A stretch of DNA of 64,000 bases, from positions 22,141-86,140 of the forward strand of contig CALKCP010000001.1 of the NCBI GenBank assembly GCA_938083445.1. The letters are read 5' to 3'. The notes beneath the pieces are model-generated. The model was given only the letters and a program-made list of their open reading frames with translations, ran no database searches and was not told the DNA's origin. Below are positions 11,301-18,393 of the stretch, piece after piece. The position numbers were made by a program, and so were the translations under genes. The stretch comes from an uncultured Ulvibacter sp. GTDB taxonomy: Bacteria; Bacteroidota; Bacteroidia; Flavobacteriales; Flavobacteriaceae. Every line of letters begins with the position of its first letter. The stretch's first letter is position 1.

Positions 11301-12756
11301 CATTAACGGTAAGACCTCCATTAAACAATGGGTCTTTCATGGTTCCAGAGATGTTGATGTTTTGGTATTCATATCCTTGAAAAGAAAAGTTCGTTATGGC
11401 TCCATCTATTCCTGTGTTTAAGGTGGTTTGAGTAAAACCACTTCCGTCAAAAACCAAGTCTGCAGTAACGTTTCCTAAAGATGAAGTCCCTGTCATTTTT
11501 CCCAAATTAAATTCGGTGAAGGCGATCGAACCTTTATACGAGGTATTCTCTAAATCATGAAAATCACCAAGGGTCAAGTTCGCATTCATATTTCCAATGT
11601 CACTTTCAATCGCACTAACAGTATTCAGGTCTGATGTTGTAACCACAGTAGTTCCCATAAAACTAAAGGTTCCCAAGCGTTTCATTTCTGATGGTAAGAC
11701 AGCGCCCAAGATTCGTGGCATAAAATCTCGTAGCTCGTAATAACTAGTTGTAATCTTATGATTTTTTAACTGTATTGAATAAGGACTGTTCTTTTTAAGT
11801 AGGTTCTTAAAGCTAAAGTCTCCAACTATTTTTGTTCGACCTGTATTTATATTTCCATTTAGAAAGCTAAAATTATTGAGCGTTCCTTTAATGTCTCCAG
11901 AAAGGTAAATGGTTTGATTTAATCCAAATTCGTTGTAAAAAGAATTTAAATCATCTGTTAAAATCTTTGTGTTTTCAAAGTCTGCTGTAATAATCACATC
12001 GTTGTAAAAGTCTGAAAAACCCTTCCCACCATGAAATAATGAGATGTCACCACTTACTTTTGAACCAGCAGTCTCTAATTTCAAATCGTTTAATACTATA
12101 CCCTCAACTGAATATAAAAAATCTCCCTCTAGCTGTTTTAAAATGAGACCCCTTTTTGAAAAAAGAGACAATTTCAAGATTTCAGCCTCAACCTGAGGCC
12201 CTGTTAATTTGAAGTCATTGGCTGCAATGTTAATTCCGCTAAAATTAAAAACTTCAGCCGTTTCTAAATTTTCATTTAGTATGGTAACGACGCCATTTAT
12301 TAGTTCAAGATTTTTTGTTCCTAATGTAAAAACAGAACCACTCGACTGCCTTCCAGTTTGAAATTTGTCTCCAAATAAAGATAGATTGTCCCGTTTCTCG
12401 CCCTTGTATTGTTTGTAATACAATTTTGCGTTCGTTAGGCGCGTATTTCCTAACCCCATTTTATTATTTAAGAGATTCCGAAAGTTTAAAAAATCAGTTT
12501 GTACTTTCTGAGAATAAATTAAAGTGTCGTCGTGATGATCTTTAATTAACACTTCCCTAATATCTACTTGTCCTTTCCAATTGAGCCCCAGTCGCTCTAT
12601 TTGCATGTCTGTGCTGTAATGGTCATTCACATATGTTGTAACTCTTTTCGCAATCTCTGTTTGTACAGAAGGAGTCGAAAGAAAAATCAGCAGTATCAAT
12701 AGTAGCAAAACAATGATAGCGAATGAGCGAAGTATTATTTTCCTAAGTTTTTTGAT
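8320..12756 (-). CDS. tamB: Translocation and assembly module TamB; probable ATC start at 12756 (ORF track start is TTG 12708)
   Basis: About 1478 aa; N-terminal basic/hydrophobic anchor, long beta-rich repeats, DUF490-like C-terminus; frame open to the in-frame TAA at 12763-12765. Confidence 0.88.
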   Translation of the reverse strand: MKKLRKIILRSFAIIVLLLLILLIFLSTPSVQTEIAKRVTTYVNDHYSTDMQIERLGLNWKGQVDIREVLIKDHHDDTLIYSQKVQTDFLNFRNLLNNKMGLGNTRLTNAKLYYKQYKGEKRDNLSLFGDKFQTGRQSSGSVFTLGTKNLELINGVVTILNENLETAEVFNFSGINIAANDFKLTGPQVEAEILKLSLFSKRGLILKQLEGDFLYSVEGIVLNDLKLETAGSKVSGDISLFHGGKGFSDFYNDVIITADFENTKILTDDLNSFYNEFGLNQTIYLSGDIKGTLNNFSFLNGNINTGRTKIVGDFSFKNLLKKNSPYSIQLKNHKITTSYYELRDFMPRILGAVLPSEMKRLGTFSFMGTTVVTTSDLNTVSAIESDIGNMNANLTLGDFHDLENTSYKGSIAFTEFNLGKMTGTSSLGNVTADLVFDGSGFTQTTLNTGIDGAITNFSFQGYEYQNINISGTMKDPLFNGGLTVNDPNLKMDFVGLIDVSNDFNQYDFEANISFAELNKLNLVKRDSISVFAGKVVMDMDGTTFEDAEGSISLSETFYQNERDNFYFDDLKIISSFDSKIRTIEVTSPDIINGEISGEFLLKDIPSLFRNGIASIYANFIPKEVTSNQYIDYEFVIYNKIVELFVPQLEFGENTRIKGSVFSDESKFKLNFKSPELLLFDNYLSKLNIQVDNDNPLFNTYVSIDSVYTGVYNLKDVSLINKTLNDTLYIRSEFNGGKKKEDLFNLSLYHTINPEGKSVVGVKKSDITYKENIWFLNEHNNRYNKVVFDDNFNTVRVDSLVLNHNKEIIHFAGTIRDSTYKNLRMRFNDVNIGNLIPTVDSLRLEGNLNGKFNLVQKNKRYYPSSVVRIDSVLINDIAFGDFSLLVSGNEDLTRYSINSTLINDQVKSIEALGSIDVSKNSSNLDVDVALNEFNMRAFSPFGAEVITDIRGLVSGKAKVTGDYGSPEIRGNFSLENSGLRVVEINTDFEIENKAEILVTKNKLEIGNVTITDSQFKTKGTFFGNATHENFSDWELNLHIEAPERLLVLNTPPDDEALYYGTAFISGSADILGPIDELVIDVTATTEEGTTFKIPLSDAETIGEDSFITFLSPKQKQAIISGDPFVSREIKGLSLNFDLDINNKAEVEVVVDKVNNSTLKGRGDGTLLIRINTLGKFQMWGEFTVIEGSYDFRYGGIIQKDIDVVGGGFIVWEGAPERARLNISAKYNLDANPATLLDNPSVNRDIPVEVIVDLKGEIIQPDLNFNIGFPKVSSTVRSELEYKLQSQEQNQKQALFLLATGSFVNDNYQSSNTFSGTLAQRVSGMVNDLFADEDGKFRVGLDYSAGNRTPNQETSDRLGITISTQISERLLINGKVGVPVGGSTDTTIAGDIEVQWLVNEDGSLRMKFFNREADLQFIGEDQTFEQGVGLTYSVNFDTFSELVNKLFHKKLTLESEEALPAVTDDNLPVQFVSPNNKKGI

Positions 12757-12805
12757 ACGCTTTTATTGTTTTAATTTTATACCCACTAAATAGGTCCATT
12801 CCATT

Positions 12806-13828
12806 TTGAAAGAAAAAAACTGTTATATTTTAGGTATTGAGTCTTCTTGCGATGATACGGCCGCTGCTGTTATTAACAACGGTATCGTATTATCAAATGT
12901 TGTCGCCACTCAAAAAATTCACGAGGACTATGGCGGTGTAGTCCCAGAGCTGGCGTCACGTGCGCATCAACAAAATATTGTTCCTGTTGTCGAGCAAGCG
13001 CTTCGGAAAGCAAATATCGATAAAAAACAGTTAAGTGCCATAGCTTTTACAAGGGGTCCTGGCTTGATGGGATCGCTTCTAGTAGGTACCTCATTTTCCA
13101 AGTCGTTGGCTTTGGGTTTAGGGATTCCATTAATTGATGTAAATCATATGCAAGCCCATATTTTGGCTCACTTTATAAAAAGTGAAAGCCAGAAAATTCC
13201 AAAATTCCCCTTTATTGCATTAACAATTAGCGGAGGACATACTCAAATAGTGAAAGTAACTGACTATTTTTCTATGGAAATTCTTGGACAAACGATAGAT
13301 GATGCAGTAGGAGAAGCATTCGATAAAAGCGCCAAGATTTTAGGCCTCTCCTATCCTGGAGGTCCTATATTAGATGCGTTTGCGCAAAAAGGAAATCCCA
13401 AAGCCTACACATTCCCTAAGCCTAAAGTGAATCCCATGGACTTTAGCTTTAGTGGTTTAAAAACGGCCATCCTGTACTTCGTGGAGAAAGAAGTGAAACA
13501 AAACTCAAATTTCATCACTGAGAATATGGAAGATATTTGTGCTAGCATACAGCATACAATCGTAGACTATCTGATGGACAAATTGAAGAATGCAGTAAAG
13601 CATACCGGGATTAAGGAAATTGCCATTGGTGGCGGTGTCTCTGCCAACAGCGGGGTACGTAAAGCGATTACAGAAGCAGAGAGTAAATATGGTTGGAATA
13701 CCTACATACCTAAATTTGAATACTGTACAGATAATGCTGCGATGATAGCAATTGTAGGAGAATTAAAATATCGGAACAACCTATTTGCCAATAGCGATGT
13801 TCTTGCCGCAGCCCGATTAAAACTATAG
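12806..13828 (+). CDS. tsaD: tRNA t6A biosynthesis protein TsaD
   Basis: ILGIESSCDDT, GGVVPELASRAH, NHMQAH, SGGHT, DDAVGEAFDK, TDNAAMIA. Confidence 0.97.
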   Translation: MKEKNCYILGIESSCDDTAAAVINNGIVLSNVVATQKIHEDYGGVVPELASRAHQQNIVPVVEQALRKANIDKKQLSAIAFTRGPGLMGSLLVGTSFSKSLALGLGIPLIDVNHMQAHILAHFIKSESQKIPKFPFIALTISGGHTQIVKVTDYFSMEILGQTIDDAVGEAFDKSAKILGLSYPGGPILDAFAQKGNPKAYTFPKPKVNPMDFSFSGLKTAILYFVEKEVKQNSNFITENMEDICASIQHTIVDYLMDKLKNAVKHTGIKEIAIGGGVSANSGVRKAITEAESKYGWNTYIPKFEYCTDNAAMIAIVGELKYRNNLFANSDVLAAARLKL

Positions 13829-14027
13829 CGATTTTATGATGGGCAATACATTGCAAATGCAAAGCCCATATATTGTTAAAAGACATTGAAAGTACTTATG
13901 TTTGTTTCTAAATAGGGAGCCTCTATGGAGCGAAGGTTGTATTTTCTTTTAGACCTTAGAGATCCCTATCAATTTCAAAAATCAACCTATGTAATAGGGC
14001 GATTATACACCAATAAATAGATACACC

Positions 14028-14738
14028 GTGAATCTTTTTTACCTACCAAATATCAATGAAACTTCCAAGGATGTCATTTTCGACAAAGAAGAAAGCAGGC
14101 ACATATCTAAAGTTCTGAGAAGAGTCGAAGGCGATACAATCAAGCTCACTAACGGGAAAGGGTTTTTCTTTGACGCCAAATTAACAGATACAAACCCGAA
14201 GCGTTGTATTGCATCCATTTTTAGTAAAGAAAAGCAGGCACCTCTGCCATATCAACTGCATTTGGCGGTTGCACCAACGAAACTTAATGACCGATATGAG
14301 TGGTTTTTAGAAAAGGCAACAGAAATAGGCATCACAGAAATCACTCCCATTGTATGTGATCATAGCGAACGGAAAGTCATTAATAAAGAGCGCTATAACA
14401 AGATTATTCAGAGTGCAATGAAACAATCTTTAAAGGCATATCTGCCAATACTAAATGAGGCCACTTCCCTTAAAGATTTCCTAAACAAAGAGCATCCTGA
14501 AGAAATTAGATGTATTGCTCATTGCGAAGACACGCAAAAGCAATCGCTAAAAAGCATTGTTAAGAAGGATTCATCATTATTAGTATTAATTGGACCTGAA
14601 GGCGATTTTTCTAAAGATGAAATTACAAAAGCTATTTCAATTGGAATAAGACCTATAAGTCTTGGAAACAGTAGGTTAAGAACTGAAACTGCGGCAATTT
14701 CAGCTTGTCATAGCGTGTATTTTATCGCTTCAAACTAA
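14028..14738 (+). CDS. rsmE: 16S rRNA m3U1498 methyltransferase
   Basis: HISKVLR, EKATEIG, LIGPEGDFS, LGNSRLRTETA. Confidence 0.96.
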   Translation: MNLFYLPNINETSKDVIFDKEESRHISKVLRRVEGDTIKLTNGKGFFFDAKLTDTNPKRCIASIFSKEKQAPLPYQLHLAVAPTKLNDRYEWFLEKATEIGITEITPIVCDHSERKVINKERYNKIIQSAMKQSLKAYLPILNEATSLKDFLNKEHPEEIRCIAHCEDTQKQSLKSIVKKDSSLLVLIGPEGDFSKDEITKAISIGIRPISLGNSRLRTETAAISACHSVYFIASN

Positions 14739-15115
14739 GGTTCATTAAAAGCTGAGGAATATTATGAAATAATTCTTAAATATTGCTTATCCTTGTTTAG
14801 CTTAATTTAGTATAAAAATGTTTCTTCAACCAAACCACACATTGGATGCTTTCTACTACTAAGGGTAAAAACACATCCCTAATTCCTAAAGAAATATCTA
14901 ATTCGGGTAAGCTGCTGCAGCCTTCTTTAGTCGACAATTCTAGGGTTGATTCTTTGCTGAAGAAAATAGATATCGAATCTAAAATTGAAACTGTATCTGA
15001 TTTAAACCAGGAATGGACACTCTTTATAGACGACTTGAATACAAAAATGTTCGACAAAATTTCTTTTTAAAATAAACCCACTTTTTCATTTCGTGTTTTT
15101 GTATTTTTGGATGCT

Positions 15116-15760
15116 ATGCGTTTAAAAATATTCTATTTATTTATAGTGTTTTCCGTCGGTACCATTGAAGGCCAAAATATCGCAGTATTGCAGTACAGCG
15201 GTGGCGGTGATTGGTATAGTAATCCAACTTCTATAGCAAACCTCGTTCGTTTTTGCAACGAAAATATTCAAACAACGATCCAGCAAAAATCTGTTACAGT
15301 GACTCCAAACAGTATTGATATTTTTGATTATCCTTTGGTTCATATGACTGGTCATGGGAATGTGTTTTTCACTCAAGATGACGCGAAAAATCTTAGAAGC
15401 TACCTTTTAAGTGGTGGTTTTTTACATATTGACGATAACTATGGAATGGATCAATATCTGCGAAAAGAACTAATCAAAATTTTTCCTAATAAAGAATTAA
15501 AGGAAATTCCTGTAGACCATCCTATTTTCAGTTACGTTTTCAATTTCCCTGAAGGATTGCCGAAAATTCATGAGCATAATAATGACAGACCACAGGCATT
15601 TGGACTATATGAAAAGGGTCGATTAATGTTATTGTATACGTATGAAAGTGATTTAGGTGATGGTTGGGAAGATCCAGAAATACACAATGACCCGGAGTCT
15701 GTTAGGCTAAAAGCACTTCGGATGGGCGCAAATATTGTAAAGTATGCTTTTGAAAATTAA
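15116..15760 (+). CDS. DUF4159 domain protein
   Basis: GGGDWYSNP, HMTGHG, GGFLHIDDNYG, DLGDGWED; ATG at 15116 is in frame with the ORF-track start. Confidence 0.85.
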   Translation: MRLKIFYLFIVFSVGTIEGQNIAVLQYSGGGDWYSNPTSIANLVRFCNENIQTTIQQKSVTVTPNSIDIFDYPLVHMTGHGNVFFTQDDAKNLRSYLLSGGFLHIDDNYGMDQYLRKELIKIFPNKELKEIPVDHPIFSYVFNFPEGLPKIHEHNNDRPQAFGLYEKGRLMLLYTYESDLGDGWEDPEIHNDPESVRLKALRMGANIVKYAFEN

Positions 15761-16278
15761 TGGCTCTTCAACATACCCATACAACCACCCCCTTTGTTAC
15801 TAAAAAATTTCCACTAGTTGTTTTATGTGACGGAGTTAACAGCCCTGCCAATGCTGGAGGTTTGTTCCGCATCTGCGAGGCCTTTGGTGTGGATGAGATC
15901 GTGTTTTACAATGGAAATATAGATGTTCATTCTTCGCGTCTAAAAAGAACAGCTAGGCAGACGCATAAATTGGTGAATTATTCTGTCAGCCACGATATTA
16001 GAGAAACCTTGAGAGGATTTAAAAAACTAGAATATGATATCATCGCTTTAGAGGTAAGCGACATTAGTATTCCTTCAGAAAAGATTGTTTTGGACAAAAG
16101 ATCTCTTGTTTTAATCATTGGAAATGAGCAACATGGGGTTTCTGAAGAGGTTTTAGCATTAACGCCAAAGCATATGCATATTGAAATGTATGGCAAAAAC
16201 AGTAGCATGAATGTTGTTCAGGCCTCAAGTATTGCGCTGTATACCCTCGTTCATAAATTAAATCAGTTAATTGAATAA
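15760..16278 (+). CDS. TrmH/SpoU family RNA methyltransferase
   Basis: NAGGLFR, LIIGNEQHGV, IEMYGKNSSMNV SPOUT motifs. Confidence 0.9.
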   Translation: MALQHTHTTTPFVTKKFPLVVLCDGVNSPANAGGLFRICEAFGVDEIVFYNGNIDVHSSRLKRTARQTHKLVNYSVSHDIRETLRGFKKLEYDIIALEVSDISIPSEKIVLDKRSLVLIIGNEQHGVSEEVLALTPKHMHIEMYGKNSSMNVVQASSIALYTLVHKLNQLIE

Positions 16279-17440
16279 CAGCATTTTACATAAAGAAATA
16301 CAGGATTTTATACGCAGCTACTCTTTGCCATTATCCAAGCTAGCGTTTGCCGGAAGTCCCTTTAGTAAGGTAACTGTTCAAGAACTTATGCAACAGATTG
16401 AAAGTAGAGTGAAAATTAAAAGCAAGTTGCCTACTTGGTACAAAAATCATCAAATATATTACCCACCCAAACTAAATCTAGAACAAACCTCTTCCGAATT
16501 AACCGCAAAATACAAGGCCTCTCTAATATCTGGAAGTTCTCTTGCCGACATTAGTGGGGGTTTTGGCGTAGACTCTTATTATTTTTCTAATTCTATTAAT
16601 AAGGTGGACTCCTTCGAAATAAATGGTGACCTATCGGAAATTGCAAAGCATAATTTCAATATTCTAAAAAAGTCGAACATACATTGTTACCAAAAGGATG
16701 GTTTAGAGAAGGTTTTACAGCAGGCCTATCAATTTATTTATGCCGATCCCTCAAGACGTAATGATACAAAAGGGAAGGTATATCTATTGGAAGATTGTGA
16801 GCCAAACATTCCTAAAAATATCGATAAACTCCTCAACCAATGCAGTATTTTAATGCTAAAAACTTCGCCAATGCTAGATATTTCTGCCGGGTTGAGTGAA
16901 TTGAAAAGGGTTTCCCAAATACACATAGTTGCAATAAATAATGAAGTAAAAGAATTGATCTGGCTCCTGGAAAAAGATTCAGATGCGCAGCCAGATATAT
17001 ATACGCTGAACTTGAAAAAAAGTTCTTCCGAAACTTTTAACTTTAAATGGAAGACAAGTGCCGAGAACACAATTAGCGACCCTTTACGTTATTTATATGA
17101 GCCCAATGCGGCCATACTAAAGGCAGGGGCTTTCAGCCTACTTACCGAAAAGTTTAAAGTAGAAAAATTACACAAGCATACACACCTCTATACCAGTAAA
17201 ACGAAACGGGATTTCCCCGGACGCCGATTTGTAATCGAACAAGTAATTCCGTATTCTAAAAAGGAAATACGAAAAAACATAGGTGGTAAGAACGCTAATA
17301 TTACCATCCGTAATTTTCCTGAAAGTGTCGCCAGTTTAAGAAAGAAATGGAAAATTGATGAAGGTGGCAGCAGCTATTTATTCTTCACAACAATCGCAAA
17401 TGATAAAAAAGTAGTAATTGTTTGTTCAAAAGCTAGGTAG
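16271..17440 (+). CDS. Class I SAM-dependent methyltransferase with THUMP-like C-terminal domain
   Basis: LNLEQTSSE, ADISGGFGVDS, YADPSRR, KTSPMLDI, YLYEPNAAILKAG. Confidence 0.85.
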   Translation: MNNSILHKEIQDFIRSYSLPLSKLAFAGSPFSKVTVQELMQQIESRVKIKSKLPTWYKNHQIYYPPKLNLEQTSSELTAKYKASLISGSSLADISGGFGVDSYYFSNSINKVDSFEINGDLSEIAKHNFNILKKSNIHCYQKDGLEKVLQQAYQFIYADPSRRNDTKGKVYLLEDCEPNIPKNIDKLLNQCSILMLKTSPMLDISAGLSELKRVSQIHIVAINNEVKELIWLLEKDSDAQPDIYTLNLKKSSSETFNFKWKTSAENTISDPLRYLYEPNAAILKAGAFSLLTEKFKVEKLHKHTHLYTSKTKRDFPGRRFVIEQVIPYSKKEIRKNIGGKNANITIRNFPESVASLRKKWKIDEGGSSYLFFTTIANDKKVVIVCSKAR

Positions 17441-17522
17441 AATCTTCTCATTTGAATAAATTTTGACCCTTAATCAATTAATTTTGAACTGAATAAAAAA
17501 GCGTTAAAAAAACAGCCTAAAT

Positions 17523-17554
17523 TTTGCGTTATTAGAATTGAAAAGGTACATTTG
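17523..17554 (+). promoter_or_regulatory. Bacteroidota housekeeping promoter for the tRNA cluster
   Basis: TTTG (17523-17526), 20-nt spacer, TACATTTG (17547-17554); matches TTTG-N19/21-TAnnTTTG. Confidence 0.7.
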
Positions 17555-17590
17555 CAAGCGCATTTTTAATGTGATAGTTCATATTTTATT

Positions 17591-17675
17591 GGAGAGTTGC
17601 CAGAGTGGTTAATGGAGCAGTTTGCTAAACTGTCGACGGGTAACTGTCGCGTGGGTTCGAATCCCACACTCTCCG
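17591..17675 (+). tRNA. tRNA-Ser(GCT)
   Basis: GGAGAGT/ACTCTCC acceptor stem, GCAGT-TTGCTAA-ACTGT anticodon arm, long variable arm, GGTTCGAATCC T-loop. Confidence 0.96.
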
Positions 17676-17711
17676 CAATTTTGAATACTATTTTTATTCA
17701 ACAAACACCAT

Positions 17712-17786
17712 CGGGGTGTAGCGTAGCCCGGTTATCGCGCCACGTTTGGGACGTGGAGGCCGCAGGTTCGAATCCTGCCACCCCGA
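17712..17786 (+). tRNA. tRNA-Pro(TGG)
   Basis: CGGGGTG/CACCCCG acceptor stem, CCACG-TTTGGGA-CGTGG anticodon arm, GGTTCGAATCC. Confidence 0.96.
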
Positions 17787-17791
17787 CAAAA

Positions 17792-17827
17792 TTAAATGAT
17801 GCGTTTTTATAAAAACACATCATTTAA
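17792..17827. terminator. Near-perfect 36-bp palindrome after tRNA-Pro (terminator or processing hairpin)
   Basis: TTAAATGATG-C-GTTTTT-AT-AAAAAC-A-CATCATTTAA. Confidence 0.5.
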
Positions 17828-17883
17828 AAATATAAAAGGAACATTGGCTTACATCGTTACTTTTAAAATAAACACCCTTAAAT

Positions 17884-17957
17884 GGGCTCGTAGCTCAGCT
17901 GGATAGAGCACCTCCCTTCTAAGGAGGCGGTCATAGGTTCGAATCCTATCGGGCTCA
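17884..17957 (+). tRNA. tRNA-Arg(TCT)
   Basis: GGGCTCG/CGGGCTC acceptor stem, CCTCC-CTTCTAA-GGAGG anticodon arm, GGTTCGAATCC. Confidence 0.96.
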
Positions 17958-17961
17958 CATC

Positions 17962-17989
17962 AACCCTTCGATTATTCGAGGGGTTTTTT
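17962..17989 (+). terminator. Intrinsic terminator after tRNA-Arg
   Basis: AACCCTTCGA-TTAT-TCGAGGGGTT followed by a T run. Confidence 0.85.
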
Positions 17990-18077
17990 GTTTCATATAA
18001 ATAAAGCAGAAATTGGTAGGGCGCATTCGTGCGTAACTTCTACCAACTTTAGTATCTTGCATTTACAAACTAAATCT

Positions 18078-18302
18078 ATGAAAATAAACCTATTGTCTTG
18101 CGATGCTCAGAGGCCAGATCAAAGAGCGATTGCAAGATGTATTTCAGAAATTTCATTTAACATGGACGCGTCCTTGTCAAATGAACTTACGAGCATACTC
18201 TTAGAAGGTGATGCCATAGAAATTGAAGTGGAAGATAAAAACACAAGCTCTGCTCTTAGAGCCTTGCGAAAACTGAGTGTTGATTACGAGATCTTAGACT
18301 AG
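18078..18302 (+). CDS. Small hypothetical protein (74 aa), possibly L7/L12-CTD/ClpS-like fold
   Basis: ATG at 18078 after an A-rich leader and TATCTTGC promoter-like element; amphipathic alpha/beta pattern. Confidence 0.7.
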   Translation: MKINLLSCDAQRPDQRAIARCISEISFNMDASLSNELTSILLEGDAIEIEVEDKNTSSALRALRKLSVDYEILD

Positions 18303-18393
18303 GCAAGGGAAACTCCAAGCTTTTCTCTTTGCAACTTCAATAGAACGCTAGTTACTAACTGTGAGCCGTCGCTGTTGTTTTTGTCGGCAATGT

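Noticed and set aside
13912-13969. Identification of the hairpin as 6S, SRP RNA or a known riboswitch
   Set aside because: It lacks the SRP TCAGG/GGAAG/AGCAG core and any SAM, TPP, fluoride or cobalamin consensus I can recognise; kept only as an unassigned structure
17597-17812. 71-aa ORF in the track
   Set aside because: It overlaps tRNA-Ser and tRNA-Pro entirely and is spurious
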